In this document: piece after piece, positions 1 to 12,254 of the stretch
Numbering within the stretch: the stretch's first letter is position 1
How the letters are laid out: each line of letters opens with the position of its first letter
Assembly: GCF_030144855.1 (NCBI RefSeq)
Contig: NC_082728.1
Location: forward strand, 43,090,001-43,154,000
DNA from: Hypanus sabinus
Lineage: Eukaryota
Length of the DNA: 64,000 nucleotides
Reading direction: 5' to 3'
Program-made: the position numbers and the translations under genes
The notes under the pieces: model-generated
Databases searched by the model: none
What the model was told of the DNA's origin: nothing
The model's input: only the letters and a program-made list of their open reading frames with translations

Positions 1-2480
1 TAACAGCTAGTTGTTGAGCCCACTAGGGGATCAGCTGTGCTGGATTGGGTGTTGTGCAGTGATCCAGAGTTGATAAGAGAGTTTAAGGTTAAGGAACCCT
101 TAGGGAACAGTGATCACTATATGATCGAATTAACTTTGAAATCTGAGAAGGAAAAACTAAATTCCAACATGTCAGTATTTCGGTGGAATAAAGGAAATTA
201 CAATGGCATGAGAGGGAACTGGCCAAGGTTGAAACACAGACCTAGGAACATAGAAAACCTACAGCACAATACAGGCCTTTTGGCCCACAATGCTATGCTG
301 AACATGTACTTACGTTGACTGGAAAGAGACATTAGCAGGATGGACAGTAGAGCAGCAATGGGCCGGAGTTTCTGTGAAAAATGAGGGAAGTGCAAAACAG
401 ATATATTCCAAATAAGAAGAAATTTTCGAATGGAAGAAGGACGCTGCCGTGGCTGACAAGTGAAATCAGAGACAAAGTAAAAGCAAAAGAGAGGACGTAC
501 AAGGAAACCAAAGCTAGTGGAAAGACATAGGATTGGAAAGCTTTAAAAACTTGCAGAAGGAAACTAAGAAGGTCATTAGAAAGGAAAAGATAAATTATGA
601 AAGGAAACTAGTGATTAATATCAAAGAAGATACTAAAAGCTTTTTTTTAAGTGTATAAAGGGTAAAAGAGAGTTGAGGGTAGATATAGGACCAATAGAGA
701 ATGATGCTGGAGATATTGTAATGAGAGACACAGAGATGACAGAGGAACTGAATACATAGTTTGCATTAGTCTTCACAATGGAAGACAGCTGCAATATACC
801 AGACATTCAAGAGTGTCAGGGAAGTCAAGTACAAAAATGCAGTGAAAATTTTGACTTAGAAGATGCTCAGGAAGCTGAATGGTCTGAGGGTAGATAAATC
901 TCCTGGACCTGGTGAAATGCACCGTCAGGTTCTAAAGGAAGAAGCTGGAGAGATTGCGGAGGCCTTAACAATGATCTTTCAAGAATCAATAGGTTCTGGC
1001 ATTGTACCGGATGACTGGAAATTGCAAATGTTACTCCACTATTTAAGGAGGGTGGGAGGAAGCAGAAAGGAAACTATAGACCTGTTAGCCTGACATCAGT
1101 GGTTGGGAAATTGTTGGAATTGATTGTCAGGGATGAGATTACGGAAAACCTGGAGGCACAAGACAAGATAGGCCAAAGCCAGCATGGTTTGCTGAGAGGA
1201 AAATCCCACCTGACTAACCTACTGCAATTTTTTGAGGAAATTACAAGCAGGGTAGACAAAGAAGATGCAGTAAATGTGGTGTACTTGGATTTTCAGAAGG
1301 CCTTTGACAAGGTGCCACACATGAGACTGCTAAGCAAGATAAGAGCCCATGGAATTACAGGGAAGTTACTAGCATGGGTGGAGCATTGGCTGGTCGGCAG
1401 AAAACAGAGATTGGGAATAAGGGATCCTATTCTGGCTGGCTGCTGGTTACCAGTGGATTTCCACAGGGGTCAGTGTTGGGACCGTTGCTTTTTACAATGT
1501 ATGTCAATGATTTGGACTGTGGTATTAATGGATTTGTGGCTAAATTTGCCAATGATACAAAGATAGGTGGAGGAACAGTAGTTTTGAGGAAACAGAGAGC
1601 CTGCAGAGATACTTAGATAGTTTAGGGGAGTAGGCAAAGAAGTGGAAAATGAAATACAATGTTGGAAAGTGTATGATCATGCACTTTGGTGGAAGAAATA
1701 ATCAGATAGACTGTTATTTAAATGGGGAGAGAATTCAAAATGCAGAGATGCAAAGGGACTTGGGAGTCCTTGTGTAGGATACCCTAAAGGTTAACCTCTA
1801 GGTTGAGTCAGTGGTGAAGAAGGCAAATGCAATGTTGGCAATCATTTCTAGAGGTATAGAATATAAGAGCAGGGATGTGATGTTGAGGCTCTATAAGGTA
1901 CTTGTGAGACCAGACTTGGCGTGTTATGTGCAGTTTTGGACTTCTTATTTTGGAAAGGATATACTGACATTGGAGAGGGTTCAGAGAAGATTCACGAGAA
2001 TGATGCCAGGAATGAAAGGGTAACCATATGAAGAACGTCTGGCAGCTCTCGGGCTCCATTCCCTGGAGTTCAGGTGAATGAGAGGTGGGAGCTGATAGAA
2101 ACATTCTGAATGTTAAAAGGCCTGAACAGATTAGATATGGTGATTTTATTTGCCATGGTAGGTGAGTCTAGGACAAGAGGGCATGACTTCAGTATTGAAG
2201 GACTTCTACTTAGAACAAAGATGTGGAGAAATTACTTTAGTCAGAGGGTAATAAGTCTATGGAATTTGTTGCCACAATCAGTTGTGGAGGCCAAGTCATT
2301 GGTTGCATTAAAGGTAGAGTTAGATAGGTTCTTGATTAGCCAGGCCATCAAAGGGTATGGGGAGAAGGCAGGGGAGTGGGGATGGCTGGATGAATTAGAT
2401 CAGCCCATGATTGAATGGCAGAGCAGACCCAATGGGCCAAATGACCTACTTCTGCCCCTAAATCTTTTGGTCTTATGGAC
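1..2480 (+). mobile_element. CR1-clade LINE, decayed ORF2 (end of endonuclease, RT, 3' tail); continues off the left edge
   Basis: ORF fragments read EPLGNSDH, KSPGP, YLDFQKAFDKVPH, SGFPQGSVLGPLLF, FANDTK (from FADDTK), LERVQRRFTRM and RTRGH. There are many frameshifts and stops, and a tail 'tcttttggtcttatgg' at ~2463-2478. Confidence 0.95.
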
Positions 2481-3711
2481 ATACATGCTAGTGAAAACTC
2501 ATCCCATCTTTTCATTTAAATCTTTCTGTGTAACCCATTCCTACCTTCATCATCTTCTTGTCCAGCCTCTCCTTAACTATTATCCTCTGCAAATTCCTCC
2601 AACTCATCACCCTTTGAGGAAAGATTTGTTTCTTCTAAAATCCTTTTCATCCTTTGAAACTGCGTTAGAGGATCATTCTATAATTACAAAGAAATGTTTT
2701 GTTGGCTGCTGATGAAATGGGTGGTTAATCTAGAACAAAACAAAAACAAGTTTAATTTTCTAAATAAGTCTCTGGATTGGAGGTATAGATAAAATTTTCA
2801 AAAAAACAAAAACAAATTGTGATCCTCAGACCCAGGTTTATACACAATATTTCATATATAGTATTTATAGTTGACAAAATTCATGGTGAATATCAAATAT
2901 GAAGATCCTTTCCAGTAACACATTACCAGATTATATTTTATTGTGTCTGCACAAGGAACAAATTAAGCCCAGTATACAGCAAATATCAACTGGTTTAATA
3001 CTTTTAATTTTGTCCCTATCTCATCCTGCCTGTCAGTGCCAAAAGACTTAAATGAACATTTTTGGGTAAATCATTTTCTAGCATGCAGCCAGCCAGGCTC
3101 AGTTACACATTGCGGTTTCTTTTAAATAGTGAGTGGGTCAATCAGAGACCAAGATTACCCACACTGAAAACAATCTTCAGCAATAATATGATTGTTCATT
3201 TTTATTTCTTGTGTAAAATGCACATGGGAATCTGCAGAGCAAGGAGGGCCTGTCTGTTGTTGGCTTGGAATTTAACATTGCACGGTAAGAACATAAAGCC
3301 ATATACACTCCAACTTGAATTCATTAACCTGCATACCCAGCCTGTTTCACACTATATACATGAAAAATAATGAAATGCTGTCTCGCCTGCAAATGTGTTT
3401 TCATAGTTAGGATATTAAAGTATTCATACCAATCCTCCTAGTCAGTCAATGATCTCTTCAACGACAGCCTGGGAGTTGCAAGAGCTTGTACGACTGAACG
3501 CATCCTCTTTGAAACTGTATTTGACCTAATTGAAAACTGCCCGTCATTACTGGAGAAACGAGGGGCATGAATTTCACCAAACCTGTGTACCGGCACATGG
3601 AATTATCAAAGGCAACTGCCAAAGGTTGTCAGGGAAATGTTTGGGATGCCAAGCTTGTCAGGAACCCTGAACGGATTAAGTAACACAAAATATGATGCTT
3701 AATAAGACTGA

Positions 3712-4420
3712 AAGAGTACCAAGAAAATTTACGTTGCTGGGATTTGAGGATCTTGAGTTGTGGGAAAATGTTAAATGGATCAGGACTTTAATGCCTGATG
3801 TGTAGAATAATGGGTGAAGATTTGATAGAGGTTTATAAAATTATGAGGGGTATAGATAAGGTAAATGTAAGCAGGTTTTTCCTCCACTGAGATTGTGTGA
3901 GATGACAACTAGAGGTCATGGGTTAAGGGTGAAAGGAGAAGCATTTAAAGAGAAGCTGAGGGGGATCTTGCACACTGCAGGAGCATAGTGGTCAGCTGGG
4001 TTTACTACAGCTTGGGGTGTCAGAATTCAGAGTTCAAATCGATGTCATCTCTATGTCCTCACCATGGACAGTGCTCCAGATTCCTCCCACAGTCCAAAGA
4101 CATAGGAGTTGGTAGGTTAATTGGTCATTGTAAATTGTCCTGTGCAGAGGCTAGGGTTAAATCAGGGGGTACTGGATGGTACAACTCCTCGAAGGAGCAG
4201 AAGGGCTTATTCTGCGCTGTATCTTAATACATAAATAAACTTCTTAACTCAGAGGGTGACGAGAGAGTGGAGTGAGCAGCTAATGGATGCAGGTTTAAAA
4301 TTTAAGAGAAGTTTGTGGATGGTAGTGGTATGGATAGTTATGGTCGGGTGTGGGTCGATCGGACCAGGCATAGGCTGAAGTGCCTGTTTCTGTGCTGTAA
4401 TGCTCTTTGACTCTATGGCT
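3712..4420 (+). mobile_element. CR1 3' fragment, split by a SINE
   Basis: Reads 'gatttgatagaggtttataaaattatgaggggtatagata...actagaggtcatgggttaagggtgaaagg'. It resumes after the SINE with 'cttcttaactcagagggtg' and ends 'gcctgtttctgtgctgtaatgctct'. Confidence 0.85.
3970..4239 (+). mobile_element. tRNA-derived V-SINE/HE1-like SINE nested in the CR1 fragment
   Basis: Has a tRNA-like head (tagtggtcagc...gagttcaaatc), a central 'ttcctcccacagtccaaagac...gttggtaggttaattggtcattgtaaattgtc' (the last 32 bp are identical at 17759-17790), a CR1-like tail and a (taaa)n end. Confidence 0.85.
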
Positions 4421-4534
4421 ATAAGAGTACTGTCCACATCAATCAAAGGGAACCCCAAGCCTAACTTTTGTTTGGGGCCCGTAACATCACTCCTGAGTTA
4501 TCACAAGTTCTGAAGAAACACCCATCTCTCGAAT

Positions 4535-4700
4535 GATAGAGTGTACAGCACAGAAACAGGCACTTTGTCTGTGCCAACCGTGCAACCATTCTACATTAAT
4601 CCCGTTTTCCCACTGAGCCCCATTTACCTCCGCTCTTTCCAATCCAAGTTCCTGCTCAATGCCTTCTAAAAATGTTAATTGTACTGGCTACACATTGCAA
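4535..4700 (-). mobile_element. Old CR1/SINE 3'-end fragment
   Basis: 'atagagtgtacagcacagaaacaggc' is the reverse complement of the CR1 3' tail seen at 4380-4410. Confidence 0.55.
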
Positions 4701-4994
4701 TGTGGTCTTAGTAATCATTAGCCCAGATAAGTGAGAAGCACTCAAGGACCTCATCACATTTGTCATTAAATTCTATTTGTTACAGGTGCAACTTGCCCTC
4801 AGAGTTCAAAAAATCTGCATGCAAGTTCTGAACATCAGGAGAGCTCTCTTGGCATTCTGCCAACTGTGACATTAGGCAGCAGGAAGGGGTGAACTCATAT
4901 GCAGATCTTGGTGAGTAAACCTGCATTCCATGAGCATTCAATGCCCACCCATAGCCGAACTATTTCTAAGGTCCTTAAATCACTACACTTTATA

Positions 4995-5172
4995 AACATG
5001 AGAAAGTCTACAGATGCTGGAAGTCTATAGCAACACACAAAAAATACTGGAGGAACTCAGCAGGGTAGGCAGAAGATCCAGAAGAGGGGTCTCGGCCTGA
5101 AACTTCAACTGTTTATTCATTTCCATAGATGCTGCCTGGCCTGCTGAGTTCCTCCAGCATTTTGAGTGTGTC
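4995..5172. mobile_element. Palindromic Penelope pLTR-derived mini-element with a degenerate hammerhead
   Basis: Inverted arms 'aaaatactggaggaactcagcagg' and 'cctgctgagttcctccagcatttt' surround 'ccagaagaggggtctcggcctgaaacttcaac', a decayed CTGATGAAGGG..GAAACGTC. Homologous to the pLTRs at 38450-38585 and 63590-63725. Confidence 0.8.
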
Positions 5173-5714
5173 ACAATATTTTAGTTGTCTTTACAAGGAG
5201 TTTTGAAGCAAGTTCACAATTACAAGACCAGAAGCAAAATGATCAGAGTAATAACATACCTCCTCCACTGTGCCAGGCAGAAAATTCTGTGGTATTAGAA
5301 TATTCCAGACTTGTCGGAACTCAACATAAAATGTCAAAGACCTTAGGTCAAAAAATTATAATTCTGGACACTTCTCTTTTTGGATTGATAAATTCTGATG
5401 TCATACAGAAGTACTCAAAGATAACTGAATTGAAGAGCATGTCTCAATAAGGAGAGGTTTTTATAATCACTAAACAAAGAATTACTTTAGAAGGATAAAA
5501 ATAAATTAATAGATTGTGCAGATTGATAGCAGATGAAATTTAATGTGGAGCAACATGGGTGATACATTTATGAGGCAAGAAAAGTATTAAAAAATGAAAG
5601 GAGTTCTGACTCATACCCTTGTTTAAATAACATTTTAAAAAACATGTTGATAAAGTTGTGTAAATCAAGGAAATCTAGGCTTCCATGAATAGGGGTGCTG
5701 CAAACTACACAGGA

Positions 5715-5900
5715 TCATTGTTGCAGAGAGTAAAAGAGCCAACGTTTCTGGTCGGGGATATTTGGTCAGGACTGACAAAATAGAAGAATCATGCTTTAAA
5801 TTGCAGAGAGTGGGAAGTGGAAAGAATACAGACAATGTCTATGATGGTGCTTCCAGCATTTTATCTTTTACCTTGGATTTTCCACAATTGCAGTTATTTC
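5715..5900. mobile_element. Older pLTR-derived fragment
   Basis: 'ccaacgtttctggtcggggatatttggtcaggactg' resembles a minus-strand HHR region, and 'cttccagcatttt...ttggattttcca...tgcag' resembles the pLTR tail. Confidence 0.45.
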
Positions 5901-6091
5901 TGCCAATAAAGTTTTTCTCCCGTGATCGTTAACTATTTTCTGTATGAAAAACTATTTCTTTTTGACATCTTACCCATTACCACATTGGATCAGTACTTGG
6001 GAGAAATTCCCTAAGCACAGCCATTTTGTAGACACAAAGTTCCAAGTTTAAAAGTTCAAATTTCATAGTAAATTTATTATCAAAGTAAGTA

Positions 6092-6622
6092 TACACTCAG
6101 CAGCTTTTTTAAGGTACACCTGCACACCTGCTCATTAATGCAAATATCTAATCAGCCAATCATGTGGCAGCAACTCACTGCTTAAAGGCATGCAGACATG
6201 GTCAAGTTGTTGTTCAGACCAAACATCAAGATGGGGAAGAAATGTGATCTAAGTGACTTTAACCATGGAATAATTGTCAGTGCCAGATGGGGTGGTTTGA
6301 ATATCTCAGAAATTGCTGAACTCCTTGGATTTTCACAGCCTCTAGAATTTACAGAGAGTGATGCAAGAAACAAAAAAAAATCATGCAGTGAGCAGCAGTT
6401 CTGTGGGTAAAAATGCCTTGTCAATGAGAGAGGTCGGGGGAGAATGGCCACTCTGGTTCAAGCTGACAGAAAGGCAGCAGTAACTCAATCACGCATGACA
6501 ACAGTGATGAGCAGAAGAGCATCTCTAAACACACAATATGTCAAACCTTGAGGTGATTGGACTGTAACAGCAGAAGAGCTCAAGCATACACACGGTGGCC
6601 ACTTTGTTAGGTGCAGGAGGTA
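6092..6622 (+). mobile_element. Non-autonomous Tc1/mariner derivative (transposase N-terminus only)
   Basis: Starts TA-CACTCAG...aggtacacc. ORF 6198-6410 reads MGKKCDLSDFNHGIIVSARWGGLNISEIAELLGFS (Tc1 HTH). A direct copy of the TIR is at ~6587-6615. Homologous to 25810-26396. Confidence 0.9.
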
Positions 6623-6836
6623 AACTGCTTTACTGATAAAAATTGGAAAACTCAAGCAGAGCCTATGAAACTTAATTTTACCTACTGGTAAAGTGAATAA
6701 AGTCCAGAGAGTCTTGCCCAGCTACCTACACAAGATTTTAATACTATTAATGTGATCCCACCATATTTGGCACAGTAGTGATATAGTAAGACTTCGCAGC
6801 AGGTAAATTCGAGAGCACTACCAAATAAAATAAGTG

Positions 6837-7048
6837 TGTGGTGAAGTTTGTGCCTGTCGGGACACACCCCTGCTGACTGCTCCTGTGGCTCCTCCCACAG
6901 GCCCTGTATAAAGGAGGTCTGAGGCCTGACGCTCGGCCTCAGTCTCCAGGACATTGTATGATAGACACTCACTCCTGGTTCCTTCTTCCAGTCAATAAAA
7001 GCCGATATCTCGCCTTACGTCTCAGTGTGAGTTATTGATGGTGCATCA
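6837..7048 (+). mobile_element. Solo LTR, 212 bp
   Basis: TG...CA termini, a perfect 5-bp TSD aagtg (6832-6836 / 7049-7053), and internal TATAAA and AATAAA. Same family as 27529-27772. Confidence 0.9.
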
Positions 7049-8489
7049 AAGTGAAACTGGCAGATTTCTTCACCTTGTAAAATGATTGGAGTCAGAGAAC
7101 ATAGGATGGGTGACACTAGATGGCCTGCAAACCAACAGGCCTGCAAAATGACATAATACGGAATATCCCATTAATCATTTTGTTTGTGGAGAATGGTTTG
7201 CAAATAACTTTATTAAGTACTTACGCACCTTATTCATGAATTTGCAGCACATCCAGTTATCTGTAAGACACTTACTGAGGTGTTCCAAGCAAAAACAGAT
7301 CTTGATTCAACAGTCCATCAGGCATATTGTGAACTGGATAACTGCAAGCTCTTTATCGGAATGGTTGAGCAAAGGACCACTTGAAGCTATGTAATAAAAT
7401 ACAGGATGTAAACTCTTTGATCACATATTTAAGGTCATCTATCAGGTGGTTTAAGACAGGAAGCTAGAATTTTGAGAACTAAAATATGCACCATAGGGGG
7501 AGAGACTTATCCTAGCCGCAGCCATCTGCTCTCTGTCTTGAGCACAGAAGTTAATGCATATAATTATTAGACATAAAAGTGTTATTTTTCTTAAAGTTAG
7601 CCATAACTATGAGATCATTTACTAGAGGTATATTATGCAGCAACTAGCTGCAGTTTTGATTACTTAATTAAAACAAACCACACTCAGACAGATGACATTT
7701 TAAAATCTCAGGAAAACTATTTCAGGAAATAAACTTAAAATAAAACCTCCTGTGATCTTTCATCTTGACTCTCAATGCACTGATTGCCCTTTATGTTATT
7801 TGAGAACAACAGTCCAGCAGTCTGCTGGGTATTGTGGATAATTTAAATGTCCAATAACGAGATCAAAATCATACAGATCAAAATAACAATTCTATAGTTA
7901 TTAAAAGATTCTCGCTTCTGCTTTATCTTTTATTAACTATTTAATTTCTTTCTCGTGAAGATAGCCAAGTCAGTCAAGTGACAGCTGATTGTCCTCCCTC
8001 ATCTCTCCTATAATTATGCTTTGCTTTGAGCATAATAGATAACTGGCTTGTGTTTGGGGCTGGGGAATGCTGCAACTGAGCTTAGCCCAGTTGTGTACCA
8101 GGCCCATTTTCCTGTGAACGATGACTGGATTGTAACCAGAAGCAGGACACTTGCCCATCCTGTCCCAGTCATACTATTGCTTTAACTATATGGTAGCAAC
8201 TTGACTGAATTAGCAGATGATAAGGACAGACCCAATAGTGTTAGTGCTCTACGCTTTTCAATACCTGGACATGTCCTGATCCATCAGGGAAGACATCAGG
8301 GAAATGCCTACAGTATAATACAGATGGTTTCAGAATTCTGCAAATTAAGTTTTTTTTGTTGTAGCACAGCAATGCTTAAATGCGGCTGTGAATGTGAAAA
8401 CCAGAGAGGAATAGGAAGTTCATTTACCAACCCCATTGTATCTCCGTCATCATTAGAGTTGATGAATTCAAGATGACAAAACTGCTTAC

Positions 8490-8910
8490 CTTCCAGTCCT
8501 TCTGCATGTCATTGAGCTCCAAACCTCTGAATCAGGTCACCGGTTCAACCCTTACTCCCTAAGTTTTGAGCATCTAAAGTACACTGATGCCCCAGCACTA
8601 AGAGAGTGGGAGCTGGTGGAGGTGTATTATAATTGACAATATATTTTTAAAAAGGCTCCACCGCCTTGTTCAGCTAGATGTAAAGGATTCTTTCTGCCTT
8701 TCTGAACACCTGAAGTAATCTCTCTAACACCTGGCCAACATTTCACCCTAAACCTACATTACAAAATTATCCTGTTCATCTTCTGGCCAGTTTTGGAACC
8801 CTAACATACACTAACATGCTGCTATGTTTCCTATGAAAAGGATTACACTCAAAAACTACTTCATTGCCTTGTGAGCGCCTTGGGACGCACCAGCCTCTTG
8901 AAAGGAAACA
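8490..8910 (+). mobile_element. Ancient DeuSINE-like SINE relic
   Basis: Degenerate match to the DeuSINE layout as I recall it: 'ggttcaacc...ttgagcatc...gatgtaaaggattc...cctggccaacattt...gctgctatgtttcct...acttcattgccttgtgagcgcctttgggacg'. Confidence 0.55.
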
Positions 8911-9489
8911 GGATTACTATCAACAAATAAATTGCCGTGCCTTTGTTATTTTGTGATGCGGCACAACGTAGTCAGATGTGGCCTAATGCTTGTTACCCTT
9001 ATCTTAATAATGGACGCTTGGAGGTGCAAAACATTAGCACTACAGAAACAGTATATCACTATAGGTCTAATTCAAGTTCAGGGCTTAGATTAGTCTTCTC
9101 TTGCACCCATCACCTCTTCACAGGAGGCTTCTGAGGTTGAGGATGGTCTGATTTTGCTTTTCCTTTGCCAACACACTGTCTCCATTAAATGCTGGAAATT
9201 AGCAAGGCAGGCAGCTTCTGCAAAGAATGATACAGAGCTAAAGGGATAAATATCTTCTGTTGTTTATGTGGAACATGAATAATTCTGTTCTAATTGTCAG
9301 AAAAGCACAGAAACCACAAAAATGAAAATTTAGTCATGAGAGCAAAAATTAAATTTTTGCCCCAAAATTAGCCAACAACTTTTCAACAGAAGATATCTTA
9401 ACTTTTGTTGTGGTTTATATAACTTTAACTAAAGCAGATCAAAATTTAGACTGGTCTTCTTTATCAGCTTAGTTCAGATCTGTAACCAC

Positions 9490-10759
9490 TAGCTGCCAAA
9501 AATTCTGATATATAAGCCAAGAATTTGGCCCTAAATTTTGATCCTAAAATTAGGGGGTTGGCTTATACAGAGGGTACCAACTTTGGAAAAATGAATACAT
9601 GGAAGACAGATCGTATTTATGTGCTGTTTTTGAGTCAAATTCTATCCACTGTCGACGCATGTATTCTTTGAATGGTTTGTTTAAGCTCACATCTAGTGGC
9701 TGGATCACGGACATCAAACCACCGGGGATAACTGCAATGTCTGTGTTTTCAGCTTTCAGTGCTGCTTTTGTCTCACCTGACAAGTGTACTTTGAACATGT
9801 CCCAAACAAGCAGCAACTTTTCCTTCCTGAAACTTTCAGGACATCAACGCTACACCTCTTTAACCCACTTCAAGCAACCCGCTTTGTCCATCCAGCAGCA
9901 TTCTTGAACGTAAACAACAGCACCCCACAGGAATTTTCTGAACAAACTTTGTTTTTTGTCTCAACATAAGATCACGTCTATTCATAAATAAGGTGCACCA
10001 ACTTCATGTAGCTTTGAAATTTTTGCTGACTCATGATGTTTTTCATCCCGTTTCAACGCCAGAACTCAAATCATTTCTCTGGTAACAACGTACCCAGACG
10101 ATTGCTGATGATTCACTTTTTCTTCCAGTTCTGGCCACTGGCATGTTTTCCTGCGGTTTGCACATTTCGTCTTTGGCATTTCCCTTAGCGTGTCCTCTGC
10201 CTTTCTCCACTCTCTCACTTGTTTCTCGTTTACACTAAACTTCTTAGCAGCTGCAGAATTATTCGTTCCTTTAGCAAAATCAACAACCTTCAGCTTGACA
10301 CCAGCATCATATCGCATTTGTTTTAATCTTTTGTACATGGTGGTCGCAAACTCAATACTGAGTAGACGTACTGATCCCGCCACCCCGTGTTATGTTTTAA
10401 CGAGATTACGATGGGTGCTAAATGGTTTCACAGGGGTTACACTTCAGAGGATTCTTTACCATTGGAAACCTAATCCAAAATTTCCCTCCCTGATTTATTT
10501 ATTAAGAATTCGCTTATAACGCTCTACAATGTGTAGGCCTGTTTTCTTAGCAGGTACCAGTTTGCAAAATTTCCAGGTTCTGGATCTGGCAAAGATAAGT
10601 ACCGGCATGTGAGATCTTGTGATCTTTTCTGGTTAAATCAAAAGCCTCTACAAAAGGGGTCGGCTTATACAAAGGTAACATGAAAAAGTTACTTTTTTAA
10701 CCTTGAAAATGGGGGTTGGCTTGTACTCCGGGTCAGCTTGTACACCAGAATTTACAGTA
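9490..10759 (-). mobile_element. pogo/Tc2-type (POGK-like) DNA transposon, internally deleted
   Basis: ORF 10066-10383 resembles a Brinker-type DNA-binding domain (YDAGVKLKVVDFAK..AAAKKFSVNEKQVREWRK). ORF 9550-9816 has DDE_1 motifs (LLVWDMF, IPGG..IQPLDVSLNKPFK). The right end is 'gcttgtacaccagaatttacagTA', with a decayed left counterpart at ~9490-9520. Subterminal repeats 'gggg(t/c)ggctt(a/g)tac' lie at ~9553, 10657 and 10712. Confidence 0.9.
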
Positions 10760-11099
10760 ATTTACATATCTCCTGAACTGCACTTTCAATTAAACAATAA
10801 ATTCCTCTCTACCCAAACTTTTATGAGATACATTGAAAGTTGAATACAGAGCTTCCAACATTTACATCCTTATCATCAAGATTTCTTGGATTCCAGTTCA
10901 AGCATGGGTAAATGTGGAAATCCTGAACAACACTGTGTCCAAAATATAGACTCTTAACAGCATCCAGTAGTTCAGAGGTAATTTCCTTTGCAGTTATACT
11001 CAGAAATGGGCTTGCTCACAGGTAAAGTGACTCCATTTATTTCAACAGAGCAGATGCCTCAACGACAGAGATGAGTCTCAGGATATTTAATGGAGATTA

Positions 11100-11270
11100 A
11101 AAATGCTGGAAATCTGAAATAAAAATAGAAAATGCTGGAGCCCTCAGCAGGTCAGGTCGCATCTATGAAAAAAGAAAAAGAATTAATGTTTAAGATATAA
11201 AAAATTAACTCCTTTCCTCGTTCCAGAGATACTGCCTGAGTTATAAAGTATTTACAGTATTTTTGTACTT
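11100..11270. mobile_element. Palindromic pLTR-derived mini-element (old)
   Basis: 'aaatgctggaaatctgaaat...aaatgctggagccctcagcaggtcaggtcgcatctatg' is followed by the inverted, decayed 'agagatactgcctgag...agtattt..cagtattttt'. Confidence 0.6.
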
Positions 11271-11271
11271 T

Positions 11272-11538
11272 TTTTATTGACATACAAATCAGGCCCTTCC
11301 AGCCCTATGAGTTGCCCCACTCAGCAATCCCTGATTTACTTGTAGCCTAATCACAGGAGCAATGAACCTACCCACCGGTACATCTTTGGACAGTGGGAAG
11401 AGACTGGAGTACCTGGAGGAAATCTTTGCAGTCACAAGAAGAACGTACAAACTCCCTACAGGCATTAGCAGGAATTGAATCCTGGTCGGTCGCTTGTACT
11501 GTAAAGCATTGTGCTAACCACTACACTACGGTGCCGCC
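11272..11538 (-). mobile_element. V-SINE/HE1-like SINE
   Basis: Contains 'tctttggacagtgggaag', 'ggaattgaatcc' (B box) and the head 'gtgctaaccactacactacggtgccgcc'. Confidence 0.85.
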
Positions 11539-11596
11539 ATATACCTGTTGTTTTGTACTAACTTAAATATTTATTATTTCTAAATATTTTTAAGAA

Positions 11597-12254
11597 CAGC
11601 AGATCCCAGATAATTGAGTCATCGGTTAATCAGACAGCCACTTATTTGGGACAACTATTAAAGAACAAAATCTTATCAAGAAAATATCCTGGATTCTTTT
11701 CATACATTTAGAATATTATGCCACTTAGTTGGGACTATTGCCAAACAGTTTCTAACTCATCTCAGTTGTGTGCACTTGTGGGTCTGTGAAACGCTATGGA
11801 GCAAACAGGTTTTAACTTGCGTCAGTTGCATGTACTCATGCTATGTTATCCACTTGGGATGAAAGCAGATTCAAAAAGCAGTGATTTTTGATAATTTTGT
11901 TTTTTTCTTTTGACTTTACGCAGGAAGGTAATAAAGGCAGTACTTTATCTCCACTAGGAATCTGTGCTGATTTTGTTTATTTACAGTCAACCAAAAGAAC
12001 ACAGCAGAGTACACTGGATGATACCTCTGGCGATAACTATTAGGAACTAATATACAGCTTTATAGTACTGTAGTAGAATTAGTAGTGTTCTAATTCATTC
12101 TGTACTTCTTTTAAATGCATAATCTATTACTCACTTAAATGGTAGTTTGCCTTTTTTATACCTTTTAACCACTTTCATGAAACTTCAGCTCATTGAGGCA
12201 GAATTGGCCAAAATGTACTGGTCAGAATGTGCCCCAATTAACTAAAATCCACTG
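11597..12254. mobile_element. Tigger-type non-autonomous DNA transposon (MITE)
   Basis: Imperfect TIRs 'cagcagatcccagataattgag' and 'cccaattaactaaaatccactg', followed by TA on the right. Confidence 0.7.
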
